Positions 10,361 to 20,045 of a stretch of 64,000 nucleotides of DNA are shown here, piece after piece (position 1 is the first letter of the stretch; every line of letters begins with the position of its first letter). The stretch is from contig DAHWUD010000003.1 of NCBI GenBank assembly GCA_027331445.1, positions 2,704-66,703 on the forward strand, given 5' to 3'. This DNA comes from Candidatus Amesbacteria bacterium (GTDB taxonomy: Bacteria > Patescibacteriota > Microgenomatia > CAZETR01 > Amesbacteraceae). The notes beneath the pieces were generated by a model that was not told where the DNA came from, made no database searches, and worked only from the letters and a program-made list of their open reading frames with translations. A program made the translations under genes and the position numbers.

Positions 10361-10804
10361 ATGGAAATAAATAAATTGCCAAAAATTGTCGAGCGATCCG
10401 CCAAGAGGGTGGGCCGGGGGATCGGTTCGGGCAAAGGCGGGCACACCAGCGGAAGAGGGACAAAAGGGCAAAAGGCCAGAGAAACGGTAAAAATCGACTT
10501 TGAGGGCACGAAGTTTAAAAAGTCGTTTTTAAAGCGGGTGCCGCTACTGCGGGGTAAGGGAAAATTTAAATCCCGGACGGTGAAGGCGGAGTTGAACGTG
10601 GGAGATTTGGAAGGCTGGCCGGCAAAAACCGAAGTAACGGCAGAAAACCTGGTGAAAACGGGGTGGATAGCCGACGGCCGAGTCCGAGTCAAGATATTAG
10701 GCGGGGGGGAGATAAAAAAAGCGGTAGTGGTCAAGGTACCGGCGTCCAAGGCAGCAACGGCTAAAATTGAGGCGGCCGGAGGAAAAGTCGAGACTGCGGT
10801 ATGA
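10361..10804 (+). CDS. rplO: 50S ribosomal protein L15
   Basis: GRGIGSGKGGHTSGRGTKGQKAR uL15 glycine-rich N-terminus. It follows rpsE directly, with no L30 gene between. Confidence 0.95.
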   Translation: MEINKLPKIVERSAKRVGRGIGSGKGGHTSGRGTKGQKARETVKIDFEGTKFKKSFLKRVPLLRGKGKFKSRTVKAELNVGDLEGWPAKTEVTAENLVKTGWIADGRVRVKILGGGEIKKAVVVKVPASKAATAKIEAAGGKVETAV

Positions 10805-12105
10805 ACAAACTGATCTCTGCCCTAAACCAAATCTGGTCCTCACGGGATCTACGGCGGAAATTGCTGTTTACGGGAGGAATTTTGATCATTTACCGGCTGC
10901 TGGCACATATCCCGGTCGCGGGAATGGACCGGAACGCCCTGCGGCAATTATTCTCGGGGAGCCAGATACTGGGCCTACTTGATATCTTTTCCGGGGGAAC
11001 TCTCGCCAATTTCAGCCTGGTGGCATTGGGGCTGGGGCCATACATCAACGCCTCGATTATTATGCAGCTATTAGGAGTGGTATTTCCCAAACTGGAAGAA
11101 TTGCAGAAGGAAGGCGAATACGGGCGGGAGCTAGTAAACCAATACACACGGTTGATAACGGTGCCGATTTCCCTCTTACAGGGATTCGGCATGTACTTTT
11201 TGCTGAAAAGCCAGGGGGTATTCGGAAATTTGTCGCCCCTGCAAATGATCGCCCTGTTAGTCACGATTACCACGGGATCAATTCTGGTGGTGTGGCTCGG
11301 AGAACTGATTACGGAATACGGAGTGGGAAACGGGGTCAGCCTGCTGATTTTCGCCGGAATTGTGGGGCGGATGCCTATAGCCTTGGGACAAACGGCGGCA
11401 ACTTTGGAAACATTAAATCTCGGCAACGTGCTGGTATTTGCGGTTTTAAGCCTGGTGGTGATTGCGGCGGTGGTATTTATGAATGAGGCGTCGCGGAATA
11501 TCGTGGTGCAGTATGCAAAAAGGATGAAGGCGGGAAAGACGTACGGCGGACAGGTGACGCATCTGCCGCTGCGGCTAAACCAGGCCGGAGTCATCCCGAT
11601 TATTTTTGCGGTGTCGCTGGTATTGATTCCGTCAATGGTGGGGAAATTTGTAGAGCAGGTACCGAACCAGGCGATAGCCAACGCCGCCGCCCAAATAGTG
11701 GCGGTGATGACGCCGGGAGGATGGATATACAGCCTCATTTACTTCCTGCTGGTAATCGGATTCACATATTTTTACACGGCCGTGGTATTTAACCCGGAAA
11801 AAATCGCCGAAGACTTAAAGAAATACGGCGGATTTATCCCGGGGATCAGGCCGGGGACGGCCACGGCAGAGTACCTGTCGGGGGTACTGAACCGGATTAC
11901 GCTGGTGGGGGCGATATTTTTGGGCCTGGTAGCGGTGCTGCCGTCGGCGATGCAGGGAGTGTTTAATATCCCGACGCTGTCGATGGGGGGAACGGGGATT
12001 CTGATTGTGGTGTCGGTGGTGCTGGAAACGGTAAAATCATTACAATCTCAGCTGCTGGTGCGAAACTATGAAGGATTCTTACCTACCTCGTCAGCCATTT
12101 TATGA
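10801..12105 (+). CDS. secY: Preprotein translocase subunit SecY
   Basis: 434 aa, 10-TM profile with SecY plug/hinge motifs (GGTLANFSLVALGLGPYINASII); operon position after rplO. Confidence 0.95.
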   Translation: MNKLISALNQIWSSRDLRRKLLFTGGILIIYRLLAHIPVAGMDRNALRQLFSGSQILGLLDIFSGGTLANFSLVALGLGPYINASIIMQLLGVVFPKLEELQKEGEYGRELVNQYTRLITVPISLLQGFGMYFLLKSQGVFGNLSPLQMIALLVTITTGSILVVWLGELITEYGVGNGVSLLIFAGIVGRMPIALGQTAATLETLNLGNVLVFAVLSLVVIAAVVFMNEASRNIVVQYAKRMKAGKTYGGQVTHLPLRLNQAGVIPIIFAVSLVLIPSMVGKFVEQVPNQAIANAAAQIVAVMTPGGWIYSLIYFLLVIGFTYFYTAVVFNPEKIAEDLKKYGGFIPGIRPGTATAEYLSGVLNRITLVGAIFLGLVAVLPSAMQGVFNIPTLSMGGTGILIVVSVVLETVKSLQSQLLVRNYEGFLPTSSAIL

Positions 12106-12758
12106 ATATCATGATTTTGGGGCCACAGGGATCGGGAAAGGGCACACAGGCGGAATTGTTGGTAAAACAGTTCGGATTTAATTATGTGGAGATGGGAGAA
12201 ATCCTTCGAAGCATCGCCAATTCAAACAACCCCAAGGCCGAAGAGATAAAAGGGTATTTGAACAGCGGGAAACTGGTCCCCGACGAGTTTGTGAGAACCG
12301 TGGCCTGGGACCATATCAGCAAGAAGGAGAGTTCCCTGCGTGAGAAAAAGAAGGGGTTTATCTTTGACGGATATCCCAGAAGCGTCGCCCAATTTGAGCA
12401 ACTGGAAGACATGCTGAGGAGATTCGGAAAGAAAATCGACAAATTGATATATATCACCATCCCGGAGGAGGAGTCTATAAAAAGACTGTCGGCAAGAAGA
12501 GACTGCACAAAGTGCGGCCGAATCTGGAACCAGATCACCAATCCCCCACCCGGCCCGGAAACGTGCGAGTGCGGAGGAAAACTCACGCAACGGGGAGATG
12601 ACCAGCCGGAGGCAATCAAAAACAGACTGGGAATTTTCCATGCGAATACGGGGCCGATTTTAAAAAAGGCCAGAGAGGAAGGAATTTTGACGGAGGTCGA
12701 CGGGGAAAGGCCGATTGAGGCGATCCATGAGGAAATAGTGAAGGAGCTGGGATTATGA
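12102..12758 (+). CDS. adk: Adenylate kinase (zinc-lid type)
   Basis: P-loop GPQGSGKGTQA; lid CTKCGRIW...CECGG; ATGA overlap with the secY stop. Confidence 0.94.
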   Translation: MNIMILGPQGSGKGTQAELLVKQFGFNYVEMGEILRSIANSNNPKAEEIKGYLNSGKLVPDEFVRTVAWDHISKKESSLREKKKGFIFDGYPRSVAQFEQLEDMLRRFGKKIDKLIYITIPEEESIKRLSARRDCTKCGRIWNQITNPPPGPETCECGGKLTQRGDDQPEAIKNRLGIFHANTGPILKKAREEGILTEVDGERPIEAIHEEIVKELGL

Positions 12759-13525
12759 AAAGGATAAGCATTAAAAATGAAGAGCAAATGCGGGTGATGG
12801 CGGAGGGGGGAGCCAAGCTGGGGCAGATTCGAAAACTAACAGCGGCCGCGGTGAGACCGGGCATGACCACCCGGGAGATTGACCGGATCGCCCAAAAATT
12901 AATTGATGAATCCGGGGGGGGCGCTTCATTTAAAAGAGTGGCGGGGTATCACCACGCAACCTGTCTTAACGTGAACGAAGTCGTGGTACACGGAATTCCG
13001 GGAGACCGGAAAGTGGAAAAAGGAGACAAATTGGCGATTGATGTAGGCCTGTATTACAAAGGATGGCATACGGATGCGGCGGTAACCATCATCGTGGGGG
13101 AAGGGGAAGCGAAATTAAAAAAGTTTTTGGAGACGGGAAGAAGAGCCTTAAAAGCAGCCATCGCCCAGGCCAAGCCGGGAAAGCGCATCTTTGATATATC
13201 CGAGGCCATGCAAAAAGTAATTGAGAAGGCGGGATATAGCCCCGTTAAGGCCTTAACCGGCCACGGGGTAGGCCGGGAACTGCATGAGGAGCCGGCTATC
13301 CCCTGCTTCGCGGTGGGAAACCGGGAAAACTCGCCCAAGATCGTGCCGGGAATGGTGCTGGCCATCGAAGTCATGTACAACGAGGGCGAATCCGAGGTGG
13401 TTTACCAAAATGACGACGGTTGGACAATAGGCACGGCGGATGGTAAAATATCTGGGCTATTTGAAGAGACGGTGGCTATTTATAAAGATGGTCCAAAGGT
13501 CTTGACAGAGGCAAAAAATGAATAG
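12755..13525 (+). CDS. map: Methionine aminopeptidase type I
   Basis: 256 aa, pita-bread fold metal ligands (HGIPGDRKVEKGD, DVGLYYKGWHTD, HGVGRELHEEP). Confidence 0.94.
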   Translation: MKRISIKNEEQMRVMAEGGAKLGQIRKLTAAAVRPGMTTREIDRIAQKLIDESGGGASFKRVAGYHHATCLNVNEVVVHGIPGDRKVEKGDKLAIDVGLYYKGWHTDAAVTIIVGEGEAKLKKFLETGRRALKAAIAQAKPGKRIFDISEAMQKVIEKAGYSPVKALTGHGVGRELHEEPAIPCFAVGNRENSPKIVPGMVLAIEVMYNEGESEVVYQNDDGWTIGTADGKISGLFEETVAIYKDGPKVLTEAKNE

Positions 13526-13766
13526 CGGGGACAAGTCGGTCTTCATTGTGGAAGGGATGGTGGTAGAAAATCTGCCGAACACCATGTTCCGGGTGAAGGT
13601 GGCTGACAGAGCCCCGGAAGAAATCGCCGGCCATGTGATTTTGTGTCATTTAGCCGGAAAAATGCGTCTCCAGTACATTAAACTGCTGCCGGGAGATGCG
13701 GTCAGGGTAGAGATAAACAGACTGGATCTCGCCCGCGGCCGAGTGGTGTTTAAACTGAAAAAATAA
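13518..13766 (+). CDS. infA: Translation initiation factor IF-1
   Basis: 82 aa S1-like OB fold ([16 protein letters not shown]...GKMR...ILPGD.V). Confidence 0.93.
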   Translation: MNSGDKSVFIVEGMVVENLPNTMFRVKVADRAPEEIAGHVILCHLAGKMRLQYIKLLPGDAVRVEINRLDLARGRVVFKLKK

Positions 13767-13768
13767 GC

Positions 13769-13882
13769 ATGAAAGTGCAAGCATCCATAAAAGTCCGCTG
13801 CCGGAACTGCAAGGTGATTCGCCGCCGGGGGGTTTTGTATGTTATTTGCAGCAACCCAAAACACAAGCAGAGGCAGGGATAA
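13769..13882 (+). CDS. rpmJ: 50S ribosomal protein L36
   Basis: Not in the ORF track. ATG 13769 to TAA 13880-13882 encodes [37 protein letters not shown] (37 aa), a C-x2-C-x12-C-x4-H zinc ribbon identical in pattern to bL36; canonical slot between infA and rpsM. Confidence 0.9.
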   Translation: MKVQASIKVRCRNCKVIRRRGVLYVICSNPKHKQRQG

Positions 13883-13891
13883 GGAAAAAAT

Positions 13892-14308
13892 ATGCCAAGA
13901 GTAGCCGGTATTGATATCCCCGAAAAAAAGAAGCTGGAGTTTTCATTGCGCTATATTTACGGTATCGGGCCGACTAATGTAAAGGAGATATTAATGAAAG
14001 CCGGAGTCAGCGGGGACATCAGGGTAAACGCCTTGTCGGCCGAGGATCTGGGGAAGGTGCAAAAAGTGGTGGAGGGAATGAAGGTAGAAGGAGATTTGCG
14101 GAAAGAAGTGGCGCAAAATATTTCCAGACTGCGGGAAATCGGGTCTTATAGAGGATCGAGGCATGCTAAAGGGCTGCCGGCCCGGGGACAGCGGACCAGA
14201 ACCAACGCCAGAACCAAGAGGGGCAAGAGAGTCACCATCGGAGCTTTGAAGAAAGAAGTGATGGCAAAAACTGAAGCGGCAAAAACAGAAAAGGAGGCCA
14301 AGTCATGA
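13892..14308 (+). CDS. rpsM: 30S ribosomal protein S13
   Basis: [28 protein letters not shown]... uS13. Confidence 0.95.
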   Translation: MPRVAGIDIPEKKKLEFSLRYIYGIGPTNVKEILMKAGVSGDIRVNALSAEDLGKVQKVVEGMKVEGDLRKEVAQNISRLREIGSYRGSRHAKGLPARGQRTRTNARTKRGKRVTIGALKKEVMAKTEAAKTEKEAKS

Positions 14309-14649
14309 GTACGGGCAAGGTCTTCGTGACGGCGACTTTTAACAATACCCTGGTGACGATTACCGACGGAGCAGGAAATACGGTGGCGTGGGGATCGGCC
14401 GGCGCGGCCGGGTTTAAGGGGGCCCGAAGAGCGACCCCGTTTGCGGCCACGACAGCGGTAGAAGCGGCGGGAAGAAAGGCGATGGCCGCGGGAATTAAAG
14501 AAGCAGAAGTATACCTGAAGGGTCCGGGGTCAGGCAGAGATGCGGCTTTGCGGGCGCTGCGGTCAATCGGGCTGAAGATGACACTAATCGCGGATGTGAC
14601 GCCGATGGCCCATAACGGAGCCAGGCCCAAGAAACGCCGGAGGGTGTAG
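14305..14649 (+). CDS. rpsK: 30S ribosomal protein S11
   Basis: 114 aa uS11 ([15 protein letters not shown]...GSAG..GFKG.R). Confidence 0.95.
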   Translation: MSTGKVFVTATFNNTLVTITDGAGNTVAWGSAGAAGFKGARRATPFAATTAVEAAGRKAMAAGIKEAEVYLKGPGSGRDAALRALRSIGLKMTLIADVTPMAHNGARPKKRRRV

Positions 14650-14665
14650 AAAATTCAAAACTCCA

Positions 14666-15535
14666 ATGACAAATTCACAAATACTGGTTGCAAAGGAGTG
14701 GAAAGATTACGAACTAATTGACAGCGGGGAGGGGGAAAAGCTGGAAAGATTTGGGGCGTATATCATGGCCAGGCCAGACCCGCGGGCGATTTGGAATAAG
14801 GGAGACGTGACTTTATGGAAGCGGGCGGACGCGGTGTTTGCGGACGAAAAATGGAGTTTTAGAAGCGATCCTCCAACCGACTGGCGGGTAAATTACAAAG
14901 ACATGAAATTTAAACTGCGGCCGACTGATTTTAAGCATGTGGGGATTTTCCCAGAACAGGCGGTAAATTGGGAGTGGATTGCGGAAAAGCTCAAAGCTCA
15001 AAACTCAAACATCAATTCAAATTTAAAATTCAAAATTTTAAATCTCTTTGCGTACACGGGTGGGGCGACGATGGCGGCCGCTTTGGCCGGGGGCATGGTA
15101 ACACATGTGGACGCGTCACGGCCGGCAATGATGTGGGCGTCGGAAAATGCCTTATTGTCAGGAATCACCAAGGATAAAATCAGATGGATCCAGGATGACG
15201 CCATGAAATTTGTGCAACGGGAAATCAGAAGAGGGGTTAAATATGACGCAATTATTATGGATCCGCCCAGATTCGGAAGAGGAACCGCGGGAGAAGTCTG
15301 GAAACTGGAAGAGGATCTGCCCAAACTGGTGTGGGCGGTGAAGCAGCTACTGTCCCCGACTCCCCTATTTTGGCTGATTAACGGTTACACAGCGGATTTA
15401 TCACATATGGCTTTAAAAAATTTACTGGGCGATGCGATGTGCACTGAGGCGGAAAGCGGAGAACTGGGACTAGTTGAAAGCGCCAAAGGGCGGATCATGC
15501 CTGCGGGAATATGGGCCAGGTGGGCTAGCAAATAG
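14666..15535 (+). CDS. Class I SAM-dependent methyltransferase, RlmI/YccW-like (DPPRFG motif)
   Basis: LNLFAYTGGATMAAALAGG...VTHVDAS and IIMDPPRFGRG motifs typical of the RlmI-type rRNA m5C / base methyltransferase family. It occupies the slot where rpsD-rpoA-rplQ normally follow rpsK. Confidence 0.7.
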   Translation: MTNSQILVAKEWKDYELIDSGEGEKLERFGAYIMARPDPRAIWNKGDVTLWKRADAVFADEKWSFRSDPPTDWRVNYKDMKFKLRPTDFKHVGIFPEQAVNWEWIAEKLKAQNSNINSNLKFKILNLFAYTGGATMAAALAGGMVTHVDASRPAMMWASENALLSGITKDKIRWIQDDAMKFVQREIRRGVKYDAIIMDPPRFGRGTAGEVWKLEEDLPKLVWAVKQLLSPTPLFWLINGYTADLSHMALKNLLGDAMCTEAESGELGLVESAKGRIMPAGIWARWASK

Positions 15536-15968
15536 GGATAACTTGCCCCCGGGTTCGGGTGATCAAATTTTGAGGAGTAATGGAAAAAACGGAGGTGGGG
15601 GAGCCGGCGGCGGCCCATACAATAGGGAAATTTTTAAGAATTTCATCAATTAAAGTGGGTAATTTGCGGAGATGACCGAAGGGGGGAACGGAGCCGGCGG
15701 GAAAACCGGTGCGGGCGAGGACAAATTCGGGAGAGGCGGTTTTGATTTTCCGGCGTAAATACTCCCCCACTTTGACTTTGTCGACGCGACGAGCGCCGCT
15801 GGCAATTATCAATATTGGTTCGTTGGTGGCAACATCGTAAAAGATGAGGGATTTGGCGATTTGAGCGACATCGCAGTCTAATGCAGCGGCCGCATCAGCC
15901 GCGGTGTGGGCGGATTGATTAAGCTGAATAGTCTGAGTTTGTAATGATTTTGGCAACACAAATTTCAT
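15525..15968 (-). CDS. YbaK/ProX-like aminoacyl-tRNA deacylase (trans-editing domain)
   Basis: 147 aa with HTAADAAAALDCDVAQIAKSLIF...ILIIASGARRVDKVKV, the YbaK/ProRS-associated editing domain pattern. Confidence 0.7.
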   Translation of the reverse strand: MKFVLPKSLQTQTIQLNQSAHTAADAAAALDCDVAQIAKSLIFYDVATNEPILIIASGARRVDKVKVGEYLRRKIKTASPEFVLARTGFPAGSVPPFGHLRKLPTLIDEILKNFPIVWAAAGSPTSVFSITPQNLITRTRGQVIPIC

Positions 15969-16024
15969 GCTAGAATTTTACATAAGTTTGACATGGGTTT
16001 AAATGTTTGTCTTAATGGAGACAC

Positions 16025-16495
16025 ATGGATGAGATACAAACTCCCGTAACAGTCGTCCCAACATCTCTCCCTCCAGCCTCGGCGGTTTCGGAGAAGGGGT
16101 CTTTATGGAAAAGGCTTTTTGGTGGAAGAATTAATAGACTAGAATTTATTGTGGGTGTGATGATCACCGTGGGGATTTACGTAGCTTTGTACTCCGCCAT
16201 ATTTCTAATCATCTTCGTGAAAGCCTCCGCAAAATCAAGTGGACCCGCTTTCTCCCCGATCGTAGCGATAATCTCCATTCTTATGTATGTTTTTTTAATG
16301 ATTTACAATTTCTCATTTTATATAAGGCGGTTACATGATATCGGAAAATCCGGATGGTATTGTCTGTTAGCGTTTATTCCGTTGGTCAATATTTTTATTG
16401 GATTATTAGTGTTATTAAAAAGAGGCGACGAATCTGAAAACAAGTACGGCGTTGCACCTATTGGGTTTGATCTAAAAGCGGTCCTAGCAATCTAA
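16025..16495 (+). CDS. DUF805 family inner-membrane protein
   Basis: RLEFIVGVMITVG...YIRRLHDIGKSGWYCLLAFIPLVNIFIGLLVLLKRGDESENKYG matches the DUF805 (YhaH-like) signature. Confidence 0.75.
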   Translation: MDEIQTPVTVVPTSLPPASAVSEKGSLWKRLFGGRINRLEFIVGVMITVGIYVALYSAIFLIIFVKASAKSSGPAFSPIVAIISILMYVFLMIYNFSFYIRRLHDIGKSGWYCLLAFIPLVNIFIGLLVLLKRGDESENKYGVAPIGFDLKAVLAI

Positions 16496-16911
16496 TTGGC
16501 AAGCCCTGAAACCTTGGTATCTGATCCATTCACGTGCCCGACGCTGAATTCCCTGGTGCCCAGCAATTCACCGTCTGCTTCAAGAATTATTTTGTAAGTT
16601 CCGGTTTCGGGAAGCGGAAAGTTGCCCAATTCGGAAATGATGTTGGTTTTGCCGTTATTCCCCAGTTTGGCCCGCAATTCCGGAATAATAATTTTTTTGT
16701 GGTTGGGGTCTTCGATGCTGAGCTTTACGGTGTGCTCGGTTTCGGGCTCACCCACGATGACGGCGGCGACGGACATTTTCAGGTAATTGGAGGGAATCTG
16801 GGCCGCAAAGATCTGGTCAAAAATGCCGATGATATTTAGTTTATTTTCCTGGGAGAGAAAGGCCGAATCGCAGAGGACCAGGAGTTCAGCTTTGAGATTG
16901 AGTTTTTTCAT
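16492..16911 (-). CDS. Hypothetical 139-aa protein translationally coupled to dnaK
   Basis: Its ATG overlaps the dnaK TAA (TAATG on the minus strand). No recognised family; it sits where dnaJ usually lies. Confidence 0.6.
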   Translation of the reverse strand: MKKLNLKAELLVLCDSAFLSQENKLNIIGIFDQIFAAQIPSNYLKMSVAAVIVGEPETEHTVKLSIEDPNHKKIIIPELRAKLGNNGKTNIISELGNFPLPETGTYKIILEADGELLGTREFSVGHVNGSDTKVSGLAN

Positions 16912-18785
16912 TAATTGACCACTTCGCCTTCTTCAGGTTTCTTGTCATCGGGTTTATCTTCAGGCTTGGTGTCTGATGCGGAAGGAGGCTGTTGCTGATA
17001 CATGGCGCCGCCTAATTGCTGGAGACTGTCCATTAAGTCTTTGGATTTGGCCTCTAAATCCTCTTTGGTGCCGGTTTCTAAAATATCCCTGAGGGTTTTG
17101 ACTTTGTCCTCGACGGTTTTTTTCAGATCCGCGGGGACTTTGTCGCCGGCGTCCTTGAGAGTTTTTTCGGCGGTAAAGATTAAGGAATCGGCCTGGTTTT
17201 TAGCCTCGATCTTGGCCTTTTTCTCGGCGTCTTCGGCGGCATGAACCTGTGCTTCATTACGCATTTTTTCTACTTCCTTGTCGTCTAAGTTGGTGGAATT
17301 GGTGATGGTAATATGCTGGGTTTTGCCCGTGGCCTTGTCTTTAGCGGAGACTTTGAGAATACCGGAGGCATCGATATCAAAAGTGACTTCGACCTGGGGG
17401 ACGCCGCGGGGGGCAGGAGGAATGCCGTCCAGGATAAAGCTGCCCAGGGTTTTGTTGTCGGTGGCCATGGGACGCTCGCCTTGCAGAACATGGATTTCCA
17501 CAGAAGTCTGACTGTCGGAGGCAGTGGAAAAGACCTGGGATTTGCTGGTAGGGACGGTGGTGTTTCTGTCGATGAGCGGGGTCATGACGCTGCCCAGAGT
17601 TTCCAAGCCCAAAGTGAGAGGGGTAACGTCCAGAAGAACCACGTCTTTGACGTCGCCGGTTAAGACACCACCCTGAATAGCGGCGCCGACGGCGACAACT
17701 TCATCGGGATTGACACTTCTGTTGGGATCTTTACCGAAAAAGTCTTTGACGGTCGTGACGACTTTGGGCATGCGGGTCATTCCGCCGACCATGACAACTT
17801 CGTCAATATCGCCCACCGTCTTTTTGGCGTCTTTGAGACAGGCTTTGACCGGAGCGATGGTTTTTTGGATCAAGTCATCGACCAGGGATTCCAGCTTGGC
17901 CCGCGTCAGTTTGAGATTGAGATGGAGAGGCTGACCGTCTTTCTGAGTAATATAGGGCTGATTGATATCTACTTCCATGGTGGAGGAAAGCTCGATCTTG
18001 GCCTTTTCGGCGGCGTCACGGACGCGCTGGAGGGCCTGGACGTCTTTTTTGAGGTCGACTCCGTTGTCTTTTTTGAATTCCTCCACAATCCAATCGACAA
18101 TTTTGGCGTCAAAATCATCGCCGCCCAAGTGGGTATCACCGTTGGTAGCTTTGACTTCAAAAACGCCGTCACCCAATTCCAGAACGGAGATATCAAAAGT
18201 ACCGCCGCCTAAATCATAAACGGCTACCGTATGGGCATTTTTCTTGTCGAGGCCATAGGCGAGAGCGGCGGCCGTCGGCTCATTGATGATGCGCTCGACT
18301 TTGAGACCGGCGATTTCACCGGCCTGTTTGGTAGCCTGGCGCTGGGAATCATCAAAATAGGCAGGGACGGTGATAACGGCGCGGTCGACAGTGCCACCTA
18401 AATAGGCTTCAGCGTGAGCTCTCATGGTCTGGAGAATTTTGGCAGAAATTTCCTGAGGAGTATAAACTTTGCCGTCGACTTCGACACAGGCCATGTTGTC
18501 CTTGCCGGAGACGACTTTGTAGGGAACCATCTCAATGGTGCGTTTGACTTCGGGATCGGAGAATTTCCTGCCCATCAAGCGCTTGATGCTGTAGATGGTG
18601 TTTTTGGGATTGAGGATCATCTGGCGCTTGGCGACATCGCCGACCAGATTTTTGACGGGCTCAACGACGGAGGGAGTGGTATTGCGGCCGGTATCGGCGG
18701 CGGGGATAACCTTGGGTTGACCGCCCTCCATGACCGCCACACAGGAATTCGTGGTGCCTAAATCTATACCGATTATTTTTGCCAT
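16911..18785 (-). CDS. dnaK: Chaperone DnaK (Hsp70)
   Basis: 624 aa: [33 protein letters not shown]-type motifs, EEVD-like acidic C-terminus. Confidence 0.97.
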   Translation of the reverse strand: MAKIIGIDLGTTNSCVAVMEGGQPKVIPAADTGRNTTPSVVEPVKNLVGDVAKRQMILNPKNTIYSIKRLMGRKFSDPEVKRTIEMVPYKVVSGKDNMACVEVDGKVYTPQEISAKILQTMRAHAEAYLGGTVDRAVITVPAYFDDSQRQATKQAGEIAGLKVERIINEPTAAALAYGLDKKNAHTVAVYDLGGGTFDISVLELGDGVFEVKATNGDTHLGGDDFDAKIVDWIVEEFKKDNGVDLKKDVQALQRVRDAAEKAKIELSSTMEVDINQPYITQKDGQPLHLNLKLTRAKLESLVDDLIQKTIAPVKACLKDAKKTVGDIDEVVMVGGMTRMPKVVTTVKDFFGKDPNRSVNPDEVVAVGAAIQGGVLTGDVKDVVLLDVTPLTLGLETLGSVMTPLIDRNTTVPTSKSQVFSTASDSQTSVEIHVLQGERPMATDNKTLGSFILDGIPPAPRGVPQVEVTFDIDASGILKVSAKDKATGKTQHITITNSTNLDDKEVEKMRNEAQVHAAEDAEKKAKIEAKNQADSLIFTAEKTLKDAGDKVPADLKKTVEDKVKTLRDILETGTKEDLEAKSKDLMDSLQQLGGAMYQQQPPSASDTKPEDKPDDKKPEEGEVVN

Positions 18786-18788
18786 AGT

Positions 18789-19235
18789 TTATTTAAAAAC
18801 TTTAACCTTTGCAGGTTTAATTATAAACGCATCTATTTTATAACCAATTGCCACGACTTCTGCAATAGTGTCGGAGGGGGAACCGGGGAGAGTTTCCAGA
18901 CATTCATGCAGATGATGATCATACGGATCCCCTACGGCAGGAGAAATAGACTGCAAACCGGCGGCGGTTAAAACGTCGTGGAACTGCCTGACGGCCATAT
19001 GAATGCCCTGGTCGGCAGAGTGTTTGTCGGCTAGGTCCAAGATATCAAGAGTGGGAATGAGCTGGGAAATAATGTTGGCCGTGGCATAAGTCACGAAGTC
19101 TTTTTTGTCGGCCTCGATGCGTTTGGCCAGATTTTGGTAATCAGCCAGGGCCCGTTTCCAGTTCTCGTCCAAAGTGGCGATCTGTTCCTGGAGGGAGGCG
19201 ACATCAATTTTGGGGGGGGAGGTTTTTTTAGCCAT
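18789..19235 (-). CDS. grpE: Nucleotide exchange factor GrpE
   Basis: 148 aa, coiled-coil N-terminal region plus C-terminal beta domain (KRALADYQNLAKR...GDPYDHHLHE). Confidence 0.88.
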   Translation of the reverse strand: MAKKTSPPKIDVASLQEQIATLDENWKRALADYQNLAKRIEADKKDFVTYATANIISQLIPTLDILDLADKHSADQGIHMAVRQFHDVLTAAGLQSISPAVGDPYDHHLHECLETLPGSPSDTIAEVVAIGYKIDAFIIKPAKVKVFK

Positions 19236-19244
19236 AAGTAAAAT

Positions 19245-19976
19245 TTACCAACTGGCGTTCATGCCGGAAATAAGGCCGTTCATATAGCGCAGGGTGGGAA
19301 TAACATAAGGGAAGTTTAAACGGCAGGGGCCGATCACAGCCATAGTGCCCCGGCGATCCGAGCCGGCGTTGAAATAAGTAAAAGCCATGCCCACGGGGTC
19401 AAAAAACGGCCAGCCCAGGTCGGACCCAAAGATGATATGGATGGGGTCCTCGCCATAGTTGCGCTCGAAAAAGAGCTGACGGACACGGGATTGCTCATCC
19501 AGAAAAGAGAGCAGGGTGCGGGTAACATCGATGTCAAAGAATTCCGGCATGTCGAGAATATTGGCCACGCCGGCATAATAAATATCACCCTGGTCAGTGG
19601 CGATCACGGAGAGGGCTTTGGTGCGGTCGGCTAAAGCGAGGCTGGCTTGGCGCAGTAATTTATCAAAGCGGAAACGGGAATCCCAGACTTGCTCCTTGGT
19701 GGAAACTTCGTCGGCCACAGATAATTGTTTTTCCTGCATCAAGTGGTCGACATAAAAACGCAAACCAACCGGCGTGGGAACGCGGCCGGCGGAGGTATGG
19801 GGCTGGTGAAGAAAGCCTTCGTGGGTCAGGGCAGCCATTTCGTTTCTGATGGTGGCGGGAGAAACGCCCAGGGGGTATTTTTTTTCAATTTGCTCGCTGG
19901 CTATGGGCTGGGCCGTGGCAATATACTCCTCGACGACGGCTTTTAAAATCTGGGTTTGGCGGGGAGTGAGAGACAT
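19245..19976 (-). CDS. hrcA: Heat-inducible transcription repressor HrcA (short form)
   Basis: N-terminal wHTH (RQTQILKAVVEEYIATAQPIASEQIEKKY..GVSPATIRNEMAALTHEGFL); first gene of hrcA-grpE-dnaK. Confidence 0.88.
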   Translation of the reverse strand: MSLTPRQTQILKAVVEEYIATAQPIASEQIEKKYPLGVSPATIRNEMAALTHEGFLHQPHTSAGRVPTPVGLRFYVDHLMQEKQLSVADEVSTKEQVWDSRFRFDKLLRQASLALADRTKALSVIATDQGDIYYAGVANILDMPEFFDIDVTRTLLSFLDEQSRVRQLFFERNYGEDPIHIIFGSDLGWPFFDPVGMAFTYFNAGSDRRGTMAVIGPCRLNFPYVIPTLRYMNGLISGMNASW

Positions 19977-19981
19977 GGTCT

Positions 19982-20008
19982 TAGCAGAAACTTATCATGA
20001 GTGCTAAC
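19982..20008. promoter_or_regulatory. CIRCE-like inverted repeat (TTAGCAgaa-N9-GAGTGCTAA) between hrcA and the divergent glycosidase gene
   Basis: The right arm GAGTGCTAA is a perfect match to the CIRCE consensus TTAGCACTC-N9-GAGTGCTAA. The left arm matches 6 of 9 and the spacer is 9 nt. It lies immediately upstream of hrcA. Confidence 0.7.
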
Positions 20009-20045
20009 CGTTGTCAAGGGGATAAGGCTGCCGTAGAATCAGCGT

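Noticed and set aside
14990-15050. Low-complexity repetitive DNA (CAAAGCTCAAAACTCAAACATCAATTCAAATTTAAAATTCAAAATTT) inside the methyltransferase gene as a possible mobile-element scar or tandem repeat
   Set aside because: It stays in frame, is short (about 60 bp) and has no flanking direct or inverted repeats. It is more likely a lineage-specific linker insertion.
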